Positions 21,192-32,061 of a stretch of 64,000 nt of DNA are shown one piece after another (positions within the stretch are counted from its first letter, which is position 1; each line of letters begins with the position of its first letter). Under the pieces are notes generated by a model. That model made no database searches, was not told the DNA's origin, and was given only the letters and a program-made list of their open reading frames with translations. The stretch comes from an uncultured Actinomycetes bacterium (GTDB lineage: Bacteria; Actinomycetota; Thermoleophilia; Gaiellales; Gaiellaceae): contig CAVYUO010000005.1 of NCBI GenBank assembly GCA_963771725.1, positions 164,929 to 228,928 of the forward strand. Direction: 5' to 3'. The translations under genes and the position numbers were made by a program.

Positions 21192-22178
21192 TCACGGCGT
21201 CCAGCTGACTTCGGTGTCGAGCAGGCCGAGGAACGCCTCCGGGTCGGAGACCGCCGCCTCCGGTGCGTGCACGCCCTGCGCCGAGAGCCGCCCCTCGGCG
21301 ATCTCGACCGCGGCGCGAGCCGCCGGCTCGGCCGTCGAGCGAGCGCTTCCTCCGCGCGTCCAGGTCATCCCCACGACGCGTGAGCCGTTCGCGGCGACGT
21401 CCACGACGTGCGCGGCAGCCGCCTGCTCCGACTGCACGTACGGCTCCGGTTCCTCGCCTTCCCCGAGCGCGAGCAGCTTGTCGAGCAACCCGGGCGCGAG
21501 ACAGAGCCGGAAGCTGGCCTCGCGCAGGCTCGGGTAGGCGGCGGGCAGGGTCGCCAGCTCGGAGTGCAGCGTGTAGATGCCCTTCGCCCGCCCGATGGGC
21601 TCCGGGAACTCACGTTCGGCCTCACCCGACAGCGGTTCGGTCTCCACGACCTCACCGTCGCGAACGACCATCGGCTTCATCTGTAGCTCGTCGAGCAGCG
21701 TCCGCACCGAGTAGGGCGCGGGAAACGGGTGATCCGCAGCCGCCGGGTCGCGCGAGGCCGCCCAGATCTCCATCGACGACGGCTCGGCGTCGAGCCGCTC
21801 CACGGCCGCCCTGGCGAGCAGATTCGACTTTCCGGGCGCCGAGCCCATGCCGAGGATCGCGGTCAGCCCCGCCTCCCGAAAATCGTGATCGAGCTCGAGT
21901 TGCAGGCGCGTGACGTGGAAGAGGCCGCCGAGGTCGACGTAGTGCGCGCCTCCTGCGAGGCAGGCACGCATGACTTCCAGGTTCATCCGGTAGTCCACGC
22001 TGTTGATGCAGACGGCCGCACCATCGAGCGCAAGTTGCAGTGAGACCGGGTCGCGGACATCGACGTGCTCCTTGCCCTCGAGCCGGGCGTCGCGCGGCGC
22101 GACGTCCACTCCCCACTCCTCGAGGAAGTCGACGACGATCCGTCCGATCGTCCCGGCGGCGCCGATGACCGCGATCAC
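21192..22178 (-). CDS. Saccharopine dehydrogenase-like NAD(P)-binding protein
   Basis: N-terminal Rossmann MIAVIGAAGTIGRIVV, then ...CINSVDYRMNLEVMRACLAGGAHYVDLGG...LGMGSAPGKSN, typical of the Sacchrp_dh family. Confidence 0.75.
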   Translation of the reverse strand: MIAVIGAAGTIGRIVVDFLEEWGVDVAPRDARLEGKEHVDVRDPVSLQLALDGAAVCINSVDYRMNLEVMRACLAGGAHYVDLGGLFHVTRLQLELDHDFREAGLTAILGMGSAPGKSNLLARAAVERLDAEPSSMEIWAASRDPAAADHPFPAPYSVRTLLDELQMKPMVVRDGEVVETEPLSGEAEREFPEPIGRAKGIYTLHSELATLPAAYPSLREASFRLCLAPGLLDKLLALGEGEEPEPYVQSEQAAAAHVVDVAANGSRVVGMTWTRGGSARSTAEPAARAAVEIAEGRLSAQGVHAPEAAVSDPEAFLGLLDTEVSWTP

Positions 22179-22237
22179 GGTGCGATTGAAGCAGGATCAC
22201 CAAGGTTCGCTGAGGACTTCGTGCGAGAATCGGCGCG

Positions 22238-23518
22238 ATGGCGATCGAGCAGGGCACGTCCTCGGAGCGCGTGATCGCTGCGCGCGAGCGCCACGTGGCG
22301 CGCGGGATCGCCACGACGCCGATCGTCGTCGCCCGTGCCGAAGGGGCCAAGGTCGAGGACGTCGACGGCAAGGTCTACATCGACTTCGCCGGCGGCCTCG
22401 GCTGCCAGAACACCGGCCACGGGTTCCCGCCCGCGGTGGCCGCGATCCACGAGCAAGTCGACCGCTACCTCCACCAGTGCTTCATGGTCGGGCTGTACGA
22501 GCCATACATCGACGTTTGCCGCCGCCTGGGAGAGCTCTCGCCGTGCGCGAGCGGAGACCAGAAGAGCCTGCTCATGAACTCGGGCGCCGAGGCCGTCGAG
22601 AACGCCGTCAAGATCGCGCGCGCGTCGACAGGGAAGCCCGGCGTCGTCGTCTTCGAGAACGCGTTCCACGGCCGCACGCTGCTCACGATGACGATGACGC
22701 ACAAGGAGGACTACAAGCGCGGCTTCGGCCCGTTCGCGCCCGGGGTCTACCGCGCGCCCGGCCCGTACCCGTACCGCGACGTCTCCTCGGACGACTCGCT
22801 CGGGGAAGTCGAGTCGCTCCTCGCCGAACACGAGATCGGCTGCGTCGTCGTCGAGCCGGTGCAGGGTGAGGGCGGGTTCATCCCGCTCCCCGACGACTTC
22901 CCGGCCCGCCTGCTCGAGCTGTGCCACGAGCACGGCGCGCTCTACGTCGACGACGAGGTGCAGTCGGGCACGGGCCGCACCGGTCCAGTCTGGGCCATCG
23001 AGCACTACGGGGTCGAGCCGGACCTCCTCGTGTCCGGCAAGTCGCTCGGCGGCGGGCTTCCGCTCGCCGGGGTGACCGGCCCGGCCGAGATCATGGACGC
23101 CGTCGAGCCCGGGGGCCTCGGCGGGACCTTCGGCGGCAACCCGGTCGCGTGCGCCGCAGCCCTGGCGGTCCTGGACGAGGTCTCCTCCGCCGGATGGCGT
23201 GCGCGCGCGGAGGAACTGACCGGTCTCATCGGTGGCCGGCTCACGGAGATCCAGGGCAGGAACGACCATTGCGGCGAGGTGCGCGGGCTCGGCCCCATGC
23301 AGGCGGTCGAGCTCGTTCAAGACCGAGAGTCGAAAGACCCGGCTCCCGGTCTCGCGAAGGCGACCACGGCGGCGGCTCGCGAGCGCGGGCTCCTCCTGCT
23401 CTCGTGCGGGACCTACGGCAATGTGATCCGCATCCTCGTCCCGCTCGTCATCTCCGACGAGGATCTGACTCAGGGTCTCGACATCCTGGAGCAAGCCCTT
23501 GGCGACGCCGGCGCCTGA
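22238..23518 (+). CDS. gabT: Class-III aminotransferase, 4-aminobutyrate aminotransferase-like
   Basis: ...[13 protein letters not shown]...[15 protein letters not shown]...FHGRT...[11 protein letters not shown]...[10 protein letters not shown]...TFGGNP. Confidence 0.85.
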   Translation: MAIEQGTSSERVIAARERHVARGIATTPIVVARAEGAKVEDVDGKVYIDFAGGLGCQNTGHGFPPAVAAIHEQVDRYLHQCFMVGLYEPYIDVCRRLGELSPCASGDQKSLLMNSGAEAVENAVKIARASTGKPGVVVFENAFHGRTLLTMTMTHKEDYKRGFGPFAPGVYRAPGPYPYRDVSSDDSLGEVESLLAEHEIGCVVVEPVQGEGGFIPLPDDFPARLLELCHEHGALYVDDEVQSGTGRTGPVWAIEHYGVEPDLLVSGKSLGGGLPLAGVTGPAEIMDAVEPGGLGGTFGGNPVACAAALAVLDEVSSAGWRARAEELTGLIGGRLTEIQGRNDHCGEVRGLGPMQAVELVQDRESKDPAPGLAKATTAAARERGLLLLSCGTYGNVIRILVPLVISDEDLTQGLDILEQALGDAGA

Positions 23519-24542
23519 CGTCACCCTGCAGTCGCTGCGCAAGTCGTACGGTGACGTTGCGGCCGTCGACGGAGTCGACCTCGAGATCCAGCCCGGTGAG
23601 TTCTTCACGATGCTGGGGCCCTCCGGCTCGGGGAAGACGACCACGCTCCGGCTCATCGCCGGCTTCGAGCAGCCCGACGAGGGTCGCGTCTTGCTCAGCG
23701 GAACCGACGTCACGGCGCAGCCGCCGTACGAGCGCGACGTCAACACGGTCTTCCAGGACTACGCGCTCTTCCCGCACATGTCGGTCGCGGAGAACGTCGG
23801 CTACGGCCTGCGGGTGAAGGGCGTTCGCCGGGGCATCAGGAGCAAACGGGTCGAGGAGGCTCTGGAGGTCGTGCGGCTCGCGGGGCTCGGCCCACGACGC
23901 CCCTCGCAGCTGTCGGGAGGCCAGCGACAGCGGGTCGCGCTCGCAAGAGCGATCGTCAACGAGCCCCAGGTGCTCCTCCTCGACGAGCCCCTGGGCGCGC
24001 TCGACCTCAAGCTTCGCCAGGAGATGCAGATCGAGCTCCAGCGGATCCAGCGCGACGTCGGCATCACGTTCATCTACGTCACGCACGACCAGGAGGAGGC
24101 GCTGACGATGAGCGACCGCCTGGCGGTCTTCAACGAGGGGCACATCGAGCAGATCGGGAGTCCGGCTGAGGTGTACGAGCGGCCGCAGAGCGAGTTCGTG
24201 GCTGGCTTCGTAGGCGTCTCGAACGTGCTCGAGCGGACGCTGAACGGCCGCCTGAGCCGCTTCACCGTGCGCCCGGAGAAGATCCGGATCCTCGGCGCGG
24301 AGGATCAGGCCGAGGCCGGCGCCCACGTGGAGTCGGGCCAGATCAGCGAAGTCGTCTACGTCGGCATGGTCACTCGGTACATCGTCGACCTGGACGCGGG
24401 CGGGCAACTAATGGTCGTCCGACAAAACCTTGAAGTTTCGTCAGCCGAAGCGCTCGAGGATCGCGGTAGGCAGGTCCGCCTGCAATGGCGGCCCGAGCAC
24501 ACGTACGCAATCGACCCGGGGTCGGAAAGGAAGGACGAATGA
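23499..24542 (+). CDS. ABC transporter ATP-binding protein, PotA (spermidine/putrescine) type, copy 1
   Basis: Walker [11 protein letters not shown]-loop, signature [14 protein letters not shown], Walker B LLLDEP, and a C-terminal TOBE-like domain. Confidence 0.9.
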   Translation: MATPAPDVTLQSLRKSYGDVAAVDGVDLEIQPGEFFTMLGPSGSGKTTTLRLIAGFEQPDEGRVLLSGTDVTAQPPYERDVNTVFQDYALFPHMSVAENVGYGLRVKGVRRGIRSKRVEEALEVVRLAGLGPRRPSQLSGGQRQRVALARAIVNEPQVLLLDEPLGALDLKLRQEMQIELQRIQRDVGITFIYVTHDQEEALTMSDRLAVFNEGHIEQIGSPAEVYERPQSEFVAGFVGVSNVLERTLNGRLSRFTVRPEKIRILGAEDQAEAGAHVESGQISEVVYVGMVTRYIVDLDAGGQLMVVRQNLEVSSAEALEDRGRQVRLQWRPEHTYAIDPGSERKDE

Positions 24543-25738
24543 CCACATGGAGAAGGCGGGCTCTCGGCGCGCTTGCGCTGACCGGCCTGCTCATCTTCTT
24601 CGCCTTCGCCGCGGCCAGCTGCGGCAGCGACGACGACGGCGACGGCAACGGGGCCGCGAGCGTCGAGGGGCTAGGCAGCGACATCGACGACATCAAGACG
24701 AAAGCCCGCGAAGAGGGCCAGGTGAACCTGATCAACTGGGCCGGTTACGTCGAGAAGGACTGGGTGACCCCGTACGAGCAGGAGACGGGCTGCAAGGTCA
24801 ACTCGAAGGTCGGAGCGACTTCGGACGAGATGGTGACCTTGATGAAGACGGGCAGTTACGACGGCGTCTCGGCGTCCGGCGACGCAACGCTGCGCCTGAT
24901 CGCCGGCGGCGACGTGGCTGAGGTCGACCTGGACATGATCGAGAACTACGACATCGTCTTCGAGGGCCTCAAGGACCAGCCGCACAACACGGTGGACGAC
25001 GTGCCTTACGGCGTGCCCCACGGGCGCGGGGCCAATCTCCTGATGTTCCGGACGGATGTCGTCAAGCCCGCACCCGACAGCTGGAGCGTCGTCTGGGAGG
25101 CGACCTCGCCGTACAAGGGCAAGATCACGGCGTACGACAGCCCGATCTACATCGCGGACGCCGCCGTCTACCTGAAGGCGACCCAGCCCGACCTCAACAT
25201 CACCGATCCCTACGAGTTGGACGACGCACAGTTCAAGGCCGCCGTCGACCTGCTCAAGCAGCAGAACGCGAACATCGGTGAGTACTGGTCGGACGCGGCC
25301 AAGGAGATCCAGGCGTTCACCAACAAGGACACCGTCGTCGGCACGACGTGGCAGTACCAGGTGAATCAGCTGACCGGGGCGAAGGCGCCGGTGCAGGGAA
25401 TCCTCCCGAAGGAGGGCTCGACGGGCTGGTCGGACACGTGGATGATCGCGTCCAAGTCCAAGAACCCGAACTGCATGTACCTCTGGATGAACTACATCAT
25501 CTCGCCGGAGGCGAACGCCAAGGCGACGGAGTACTTCGGGGAGGCGCCGGTCAACGCGGAGGCCTGCAGCCTGACGAAGGACAAGAACCATTGCGACACG
25601 TTCCACGCGCAGGACGAGGAGTACTTCTCGAAGGTCGCGTACTGGAAGACGCCGATCAAGGACTGCGGCGACGACCGGGGCGAGGTGTGCAAGGACTACT
25701 CCGAATGGACCGCGGCCTGGACCGAGATCAAGGGTTAG
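24539..25738 (+). CDS. PotD/PotF-family periplasmic polyamine-binding lipoprotein, copy 1
   Basis: [33 protein letters not shown] (lipobox), then a solute-binding fold (INWAGY..., GYD...). The ATG overlaps the preceding TGA. Confidence 0.85.
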   Translation: MTTWRRRALGALALTGLLIFFAFAAASCGSDDDGDGNGAASVEGLGSDIDDIKTKAREEGQVNLINWAGYVEKDWVTPYEQETGCKVNSKVGATSDEMVTLMKTGSYDGVSASGDATLRLIAGGDVAEVDLDMIENYDIVFEGLKDQPHNTVDDVPYGVPHGRGANLLMFRTDVVKPAPDSWSVVWEATSPYKGKITAYDSPIYIADAAVYLKATQPDLNITDPYELDDAQFKAAVDLLKQQNANIGEYWSDAAKEIQAFTNKDTVVGTTWQYQVNQLTGAKAPVQGILPKEGSTGWSDTWMIASKSKNPNCMYLWMNYIISPEANAKATEYFGEAPVNAEACSLTKDKNHCDTFHAQDEEYFSKVAYWKTPIKDCGDDRGEVCKDYSEWTAAWTEIKG

Positions 25739-25895
25739 CCCCCTGAGCTCGGCCTCTTACGGAGAGGCGCCGCCCCGCGAAGGCCCGGGACGGCGCCTCT
25801 CGTCCTTCCTCTTCCGCCACCCGCGCGCCCGGGTAACGCTCCTCCTCGCGTCGCCGCTCGCGTGGCTCGGTGTCGCATACCTCGGCTCCCTGGCC

Positions 25896-26645
25896 GTGCT
25901 CTTCATCACGGCGGTCTGGAAGGTGGACCCGTTCACCGGCGACATCGTCCGCGAGTTCACCCTCGACAACTTCCGGACCCTCTGGGAGCAGGACGTCTAC
26001 CGGCGAATCACCTTGCGAACGGTCGGGTTGGCGGCGGCCGTGACCGTCACGGACGCTGTCCTCGCGATCCCGATCGCCTACTACATGGCGCGAGTAGCGT
26101 CGCCGAGGACACGGGGCATCCTCGTCGTCGCGATCCTGACGCCGTTGTGGGCGAGCTACCTCGTCAAGGTCTACGCGTGGCGGATCGTCCTGTCAGGCCA
26201 GGGTCCGTTGAACTGGGCGCTCGAGCCGTTCGGCCTCGAAGGGCCCGGCTACACGATCTCCGGCACGTGGCTCGTGTTCAGCTACCTCTGGCTCCCATTC
26301 ATGATCCTGCCGATCTACGCGGGGCTCGAGCGCATCCCGAACTCGCTGCTCGAGGCCTCGTCCGACCTCGGCTCGCGCGGGCTCGGGACGTTCAGGCGCG
26401 TCGTCTTCCCGCTCGCCTTCCCTGCGATCGCCGCCGGCTCGATCTTCACGTTCTCCCTGACCCTCGGCGACTACATCACGCCGCAAGTCGTCGGAAACAC
26501 GAACTTCATCGGGAACGTCGTCTACACGAACGTCGGCGTTGCGAACAACCTGCCGTTCGCCGCCGCTTTCGCCACGATCCCGGTCCTGATCATGATCGTC
26601 TACCTGGCGCTCGCAAGGCGGGCCGGCGCCTTCGAGAGCCTATGA
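25896..26645 (+). CDS. ABC permease, PotB type, copy 1. The N-terminal TM helix lies upstream in the same frame but without a canonical start codon.
   Basis: EAA-loop region LEASSDLGSRGLGTFRRVVFP. The in-frame upstream translation 25794-25895 (SFLFRHPRARVTLLLASPLAWLGVAYLGSLA) looks like TM1. There is no ATG/GTG/TTG in this frame between the stop at 25488 and 25896. Confidence 0.8.
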   Translation: MLFITAVWKVDPFTGDIVREFTLDNFRTLWEQDVYRRITLRTVGLAAAVTVTDAVLAIPIAYYMARVASPRTRGILVVAILTPLWASYLVKVYAWRIVLSGQGPLNWALEPFGLEGPGYTISGTWLVFSYLWLPFMILPIYAGLERIPNSLLEASSDLGSRGLGTFRRVVFPLAFPAIAAGSIFTFSLTLGDYITPQVVGNTNFIGNVVYTNVGVANNLPFAAAFATIPVLIMIVYLALARRAGAFESL

Positions 26646-27460
26646 CCGTCGGCGGCGTCCTGCTCAGGCTTGCCACGGCTGCGACCCTGGCGTTCATCTA
26701 CCTGCCGCTGCTCGTGATCGGGCTCTACGCGTTTAACGAGAACACCACGCAGGGCTGGCCGATCACCGGCTACACGACCGATTGGTTCGGAGATGCCTGG
26801 CGGGACGACGACGTGCGAAGCGCGCTCTGGCTCTCGGTCAAGTGCGGGTTCCTGGCGACGGCGATCGCACTCGTGCTCGGGACGCTCGCATCGCTCGCCG
26901 TGGCCCGGCACAGCTTCTTCGGCCGAGAGACGGTGTCGTTCCTCGTCATCCTCCCGATCGCACTGCCAGGGATCGTGACCGGGATGGCGCTGAACGCCTC
27001 GTACGTTCGGTTCGGGATCGACTTCGGGCTGCTGACGATCGTGATCGGGCACGCAACGTTCTGCATCGTCGTCGTCTACAACAACGTGATCGCCCGGCTT
27101 CGACGCGCCTCACCGTTCCTCGAGGAGGCCTCGTCGGATCTCGGCGCCGACGCGTGGCAGACGTTTCGCTACGTCACCTTCCCGCAGCTCAGGACCGCGC
27201 TCCTGGCCGGTGGCCTACTCGCCTTCGCGCTCTCCTTCGACGAAGTCATCGTCACGACGTTTACATCCGGCGCCGAGCAGACGCTCCCGATCTGGATCTT
27301 CACGAATCTCGCCCGCCCGCAGCAGCTGCCGGTCATCAACGTCGTCGCAGTCTTCGTGATCCTCCTCTCGGTGATCCCAGTCTGGATTGCGCAGCGGCTG
27401 ACCCGCGAACCGGTCGGCGTCGGGGCGCCTGCTGCAGCGGCAGCCGGCGCGAAGCAATGA
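26642..27460 (+). CDS. ABC permease, PotC type, copy 1
   Basis: MTVGGVLLRLATAATLAFIYLPLLVIGLYAF..., EEASSDLGADAWQTFRYVTFP. The ATG overlaps the preceding TGA. Confidence 0.85.
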   Translation: MTVGGVLLRLATAATLAFIYLPLLVIGLYAFNENTTQGWPITGYTTDWFGDAWRDDDVRSALWLSVKCGFLATAIALVLGTLASLAVARHSFFGRETVSFLVILPIALPGIVTGMALNASYVRFGIDFGLLTIVIGHATFCIVVVYNNVIARLRRASPFLEEASSDLGADAWQTFRYVTFPQLRTALLAGGLLAFALSFDEVIVTTFTSGAEQTLPIWIFTNLARPQQLPVINVVAVFVILLSVIPVWIAQRLTREPVGVGAPAAAAAGAKQ

Positions 27461-27491
27461 GATAGGTTGCCGCAGAGACGAGGAGGTTTCG

Positions 27492-28928
27492 ATGAGCGTG
27501 ACAGTGGCGTCCTACAAGAACTTCGTCGGAGGCGAGTGGGTCGATGCCGCGGAAGGCGGCGTCGAGCAGATCGTCAACCCCGCGACCGGCGACGACATCG
27601 CCGAGGTCCCGAAGGGCACCGAACCGGACGTCGATCGCGCGGTTCAGGCGGCCAAGCAGGCCTACCCGGAGTGGCGCGACAAAACTCCCGGCGAGCGGGC
27701 GGAAGTCCTGCTCAAGCTGGCCGACGCGATCGACGAGCACACCGAGGAGCTGGCGCAGATCGAGTCGCAGAACGTCGGCAAGCCCCTGGAGGCCGCCGCG
27801 GACGAGATGCCCGTCTGCTCCGACAACATCCGCTTCTTCGCCGGCGCCGCACGTCTCCTGGAAGGACGCTCGGCCGGCGAGTACATGAGCGGCTACACGT
27901 CCATGATCCGGCGTGAGCCCATCGGCGTCGTCGGTCAGATCGCTCCCTGGAACTACCCGCTCATGATGGCCGTCTGGAAGTTCGCGCCGGCGCTGGCCGC
28001 CGGCAACACCTCGGTCCTCAAGCCGTCCGAGCAAACGCCGCTCTCGACGCTCCGCTTTGCGCAGCTGGCCGCCGACATCCTCCCGGCGGGAGTGCTGAAC
28101 GTCATCACCGGCGACGGCGAGCCGGTCGGCGCCGGAATCGTGCGGCACCCGGACGTGCGCATGGTCTCGCTGACCGGCGACGTGGCGACCGGGAAGGAGG
28201 TCGCTCGCGCGGCAGCCGAGACCCTGAAACGCGTGCACCTCGAGCTCGGTGGCAAGGCCCCCGTGATCGTCTTCGACGACGCCGACCCCGCGCAGGTGGC
28301 CGAGGCGATCAAGATCGGCGGCTACTGGAACTCGGGGCAGGACTGCACGGCAGCATCGCGCGTGATGGCCGGCCCGAAGATCTACGACAAGCTCCTCGAG
28401 GAGCTCGTGCCCGCGGTCGAGTCGATGAAGGTCGGAGATCCGGCCTCGGGCGACGACATCGAGATGGGCCCTGTCATCTCCAAGGCGCAGCAGGACCGCG
28501 TGCTCGGCTTCCTCGACCGCGCAAAGGGCGCCAAGGTGCTGACCGGCGGTGGGACGAACGGCGACCGTGGCTTCTTCGTGAAACCGACGGTGGTCGTCGA
28601 CGTCGACCAGACAGACGAGATCGTGCAGAAGGAGGTCTTCGGGCCCGTCGTCACCGTCCAGCGCTTCGCGGACGACGACCAGGCGCTCGAATGGGCAAAC
28701 GACGTGCCCTACGGGCTCGCCGCATCGGTCTTCACGCGCGACGTCGCCCGAGCGCTCAACGCGGCTCGGAAGCTCGAGTTCGGAACGGTCTGGATCAACG
28801 ACCACATCCCGCTCGTCTCCGAGATGCCCCACGGCGGCTACAAGCAGTCCGGCTACGGCAAGGACTTGTCGGCGTACTCGCTCGAGGACTACACGCAGAT
28901 CAAGCACGTCATGGTCAAACTGGACTGA
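27492..28928 (+). CDS. NAD-dependent aldehyde dehydrogenase, gamma-aminobutyraldehyde dehydrogenase-like
   Basis: FVGGEWVD...IVNPATG..., ELGGKAP, catalytic Cys context GQDCTAASR, PYGLAASVFT. The RBS GAGGAGG lies upstream. Confidence 0.9.
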   Translation: MSVTVASYKNFVGGEWVDAAEGGVEQIVNPATGDDIAEVPKGTEPDVDRAVQAAKQAYPEWRDKTPGERAEVLLKLADAIDEHTEELAQIESQNVGKPLEAAADEMPVCSDNIRFFAGAARLLEGRSAGEYMSGYTSMIRREPIGVVGQIAPWNYPLMMAVWKFAPALAAGNTSVLKPSEQTPLSTLRFAQLAADILPAGVLNVITGDGEPVGAGIVRHPDVRMVSLTGDVATGKEVARAAAETLKRVHLELGGKAPVIVFDDADPAQVAEAIKIGGYWNSGQDCTAASRVMAGPKIYDKLLEELVPAVESMKVGDPASGDDIEMGPVISKAQQDRVLGFLDRAKGAKVLTGGGTNGDRGFFVKPTVVVDVDQTDEIVQKEVFGPVVTVQRFADDDQALEWANDVPYGLAASVFTRDVARALNAARKLEFGTVWINDHIPLVSEMPHGGYKQSGYGKDLSAYSLEDYTQIKHVMVKLD

Positions 28929-28933
28929 CTCGA

Positions 28934-30046
28934 GTGGCTGTCGGCGCGCAGGTCGAGAGAGCGGCCGAGGTCACCCCCGAGCCTGCCGACGTACGGCTCG
29001 AGAGCCTCACGAAGGCGTTCGACGACGTCCTCGCGGTGAACGACATCTCGATCACCATCCCTGCGGGCAGCTTCTTCGCGCTCCTCGGGCCCTCCGGCTG
29101 CGGCAAGACGACGACGCTGCGCATGATCGGCGGCTTCGAGGAGCCCACCTCGGGATCCATCTTCCTCGGCGGCCAAAGCGTGCTCGGGCTTCCGCCCTAC
29201 AAACGCGACGTGAACACGGTCTTCCAGAGCTACGCGCTCTTCCCCCACCTCTCCGTCTTCGAGAACATCGCGTTCGGGCTGCGCCGCTCGGGGGTCCTCA
29301 GGAACCACATCGGAGGACGCGTGCGGGAGATCCTCAAGCTGGTCGATCTCGCCGGCCTCGAGTCCCGCAAGCCGCGCCAGCTCTCGGGCGGCCAGCAGCA
29401 GCGGGTCGCACTCGCCCGCGCGCTCGTGAACCGGCCGCGCGTGCTGCTGCTCGACGAGCCGCTTGGAGCGCTCGACCTCAAGCTGCGCCGGCAGATGCAG
29501 CTCGAGCTCAAGCTGATCCAGAGCGAGCTCGGCGTGACCTTCGTCCACGTAACGCACGACCAGGAGGAGGCCATGACCATGGCGGACACGATCGCCGTCA
29601 TGAACCGCGGCCAGGTCGAACAGCTCGGGCCGCCCAGCGAGCTCTACGAGCAGCCCCGGACTGACTTCGTGGCGAGCTTCCTCGGAGTCTCCAACCTGCT
29701 CCCCGGCGTGGCGTCCGGCGCCGACACGATCCGCCTCGACGGCGGCACCGAGGTGCGTGTGCTCCCCACGGCGCTGCAGGGACGCACGGGCCGGGTCGCA
29801 GTCGGCATCCGGCCGGAGAAGATCCGGATCGGGAGCGAGGTCAACACGCTCGCGGGCAAGGTGTTCGAGCGCGCATACGTCGGCGTGTCGACGCAGTACG
29901 TCGTCGATACCTCCGCGGGGCGCCTCACGGTGTACGTACAGAACTCGGAGCCGGCTGCAGGCCTTGCGGCGCCGGGCGATCCCATCACGGTCGGCTTCGA
30001 CCCCGAAGCGACCTTCGTCGTCGACATTTCGGAGGAGGCACAGTGA
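28934..30046 (+). CDS. ABC transporter ATP-binding protein, PotA type, copy 2
   Basis: [32 protein letters not shown] start at 28934 within ORF 28691..30046. Confidence 0.9.
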   Translation: MAVGAQVERAAEVTPEPADVRLESLTKAFDDVLAVNDISITIPAGSFFALLGPSGCGKTTTLRMIGGFEEPTSGSIFLGGQSVLGLPPYKRDVNTVFQSYALFPHLSVFENIAFGLRRSGVLRNHIGGRVREILKLVDLAGLESRKPRQLSGGQQQRVALARALVNRPRVLLLDEPLGALDLKLRRQMQLELKLIQSELGVTFVHVTHDQEEAMTMADTIAVMNRGQVEQLGPPSELYEQPRTDFVASFLGVSNLLPGVASGADTIRLDGGTEVRVLPTALQGRTGRVAVGIRPEKIRIGSEVNTLAGKVFERAYVGVSTQYVVDTSAGRLTVYVQNSEPAAGLAAPGDPITVGFDPEATFVVDISEEAQ

Positions 30047-31194
30047 ACCCTCGACTCACCCGGCAAGAGCTGATCCGCCGCGCCACGTTCGGCGCCGCAC
30101 TCGTCTCGATTCCCGGCTTTGCGGCCGCGTGCGGCGGCGACAGCGGCGGGGGCAGCTCCGGCAAGAAGGAGCTCGCGAAGACGCTCCGCTTCTCGAACTG
30201 GACGCTCTACATCGACATCGACGACAAGACCAAGAAGCGGCCCACGCTCGAGGAGTTCAAGCAGAAGTTCGGAGTGAACGTCGTCTACACGGAGGACATC
30301 AACTCCAACTCCGAGTACTTCGGAAAGATCCAGGGCCCGCTCTCCCGCGGGCAGTCAATCGACCGCGACCTGGTCGTCCTCACCGACAACGAGCGGTTCC
30401 TCTCGACGATGATCGACAGAGACTGGGTGGAGAAGCTCGACAAGGACGCGATCCCGAACATCTCCAACCTCGTGGCCGTGCAGGAGAGCCCGGGCTTCGA
30501 CCCCGACCGCGAGTTCAGCCTTCCGTGGCAGTCCGGCATGACGGGCATCGCCTACGACGCGAAGCAGACCAAGCCGATCACCTCGATCGACCAGCTCCTC
30601 GAGGACCCCGAGCTCAAGGGCCGCGTGACGATGCTCGACAACTCCTCGGACTCGCTCGGCATCGTGATGCTCGCCAACGGCGACGACCCGAGCAAGGTCA
30701 CCGATGAATCGTTCAACCGTGCCCTGCAGCGCGTGAAGGCCGCGTCCGACTCGGGGCACATCCGCCGTTTCACCGGCAACGACTACACCGGGCCGCTCTC
30801 GAACGGCGATCTCAAGGCCGCCCTTTCGTGGTCGGGCGACATCGTCCAGCTTCAGGCCGACAACCCGAACCTGAAGTGGGGCATCCCGAAGCAGGGCGGG
30901 ATGATCTGGACGGACAACATGCTGATCCCGAAAGGCGGCGACGCCTACACCGCCTCCGTCTACATGAACTACGTCTACGACCCCAAGGTAGCGGCCAAGC
31001 TCGCGGCCTACATCAACTATGTGACTCCGGTGAAAGGCGCCAAGGAAGAGCTGGCCAAGACCGACCCGGAGACGGCGAACAACCAACTCATCTTCCCGAC
31101 GGAGGAAACGCTGTCCCAGGTGCACCTGATCGACCCGGCCTTCCTCACGAACGCCAAGCTGCAGGAGGAGTGGCAGGCCGTGCTCGGCGCGTAG
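30043..31194 (+). CDS. PotD/PotF-family polyamine-binding lipoprotein, copy 2 (Tat-like signal)
   Basis: [33 protein letters not shown] (an RR-x-F motif plus a lipobox), then a solute-binding fold. Confidence 0.85.
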   Translation: MNPRLTRQELIRRATFGAALVSIPGFAAACGGDSGGGSSGKKELAKTLRFSNWTLYIDIDDKTKKRPTLEEFKQKFGVNVVYTEDINSNSEYFGKIQGPLSRGQSIDRDLVVLTDNERFLSTMIDRDWVEKLDKDAIPNISNLVAVQESPGFDPDREFSLPWQSGMTGIAYDAKQTKPITSIDQLLEDPELKGRVTMLDNSSDSLGIVMLANGDDPSKVTDESFNRALQRVKAASDSGHIRRFTGNDYTGPLSNGDLKAALSWSGDIVQLQADNPNLKWGIPKQGGMIWTDNMLIPKGGDAYTASVYMNYVYDPKVAAKLAAYINYVTPVKGAKEELAKTDPETANNQLIFPTEETLSQVHLIDPAFLTNAKLQEEWQAVLGA

Positions 31195-31203
31195 GGAAGA
31201 CCA

Positions 31204-32061
31204 TTGGGGTTTCTCCACCGCCACCCCTGGCTCACTCCATACCTTCTGCTCGCCCCCGGGCTGGCCTGGCTGGCGCTGTTCTTTCTCGTGCCGCTCGGGT
31301 TTCTGGCCTACCAGTCGCTCGAGGCGGGCACGTTCGACGTCGGGTACGCCTTCGACTGGGCGTGGGGCAACTACTGGGACGGCATCGACCGGTACCGCGA
31401 ACAGCTGATCCGGTCGCTCGTCTACGCCGGGTTCGCGACGGCGTTCGCGCTCGGCATCGGGTACCCCCTCGCCTACTGGATCGCTTTTCGCGGCGGCCGC
31501 TGGAAGAGCCTGCTCCTGATCCTCATCATCGCGCCGTTCTTCGTCACGTATCTGATCCGGACGCTCGCGTGGCAGACGATCCTTGCCGACCAGGGCCCCG
31601 TCGTCGAGTTGTTTCGCGACGTTGGGATCCTCGGCGACAGCGGCCGCCTACTCGCGACCTCGACGGCCGTCGTGGCAGGGATCACCTACAACTTCCTGCC
31701 CTTCATGGTGCTGCCGCTGTACGTCTCCCTGGAGCAGATCGACGAGCGGCTGATCGAAGCAGCCGAGGATCTGTACGCGAGCCGCATCCAGGCGTTCCTG
31801 CGTGTGACGCTGCCGCTCTCGCTCCCAGGAGTCGTGGCGGGAACTCTGCTGACGTTCATCCCGGCGGCCGGTGACTTCATCAACGCCGAGCTGCTCGGCA
31901 CGCCCCAGCAGGCGATGATCGGGAACGTCATCCAGTCGAAGTTCCTGGAGCTGGCGGACTATCCGGCCGCCGCCTCGCTCTCGTTCACGTTGATGGCGGT
32001 CATTCTCGTGCTGATCGCGATCTACGCGCGGGCGGTCGGGACGGAGAAGCTGACCGGATGA
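31204..32061 (+). CDS. ABC permease, PotB type, copy 2
   Basis: Six predicted TM helices. EAA loop IEAAEDLYASRIQAFLRVTLP. Confidence 0.9.
   Translation: MGFLHRHPWLTPYLLLAPGLAWLALFFLVPLGFLAYQSLEAGTFDVGYAFDWAWGNYWDGIDRYREQLIRSLVYAGFATAFALGIGYPLAYWIAFRGGRWKSLLLILIIAPFFVTYLIRTLAWQTILADQGPVVELFRDVGILGDSGRLLATSTAVVAGITYNFLPFMVLPLYVSLEQIDERLIEAAEDLYASRIQAFLRVTLPLSLPGVVAGTLLTFIPAAGDFINAELLGTPQQAMIGNVIQSKFLELADYPAAASLSFTLMAVILVLIAIYARAVGTEKLTG

Noticed and set aside
22175-23746. Long antisense or alternative-frame ORFs over known genes. Examples: 22175..23746(-), 27336..28907(-), 32492..34165(-), 17359..18441(-), 14481..15962(+), 12742..13722(-), 48252..49412(-), 46184..47296(-).
   Set aside because: All are Arg/Ala/Pro/Gly-rich and low in complexity. 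They overlap confidently identified genes (gabT, the aldehyde dehydrogenase, an aminotransferase, purB, purA, dnaB, purF, purL). They are typical high-GC artefacts.
25862-27460. The 532-aa ORF 25862..27460 as one large fused permease
   Set aside because: Its first about 260 residues are Arg/Pro-rich, an out-of-frame reading of the PotB-type permease. Only the part from ATG 26642 onward is a genuine PotC-type permease.
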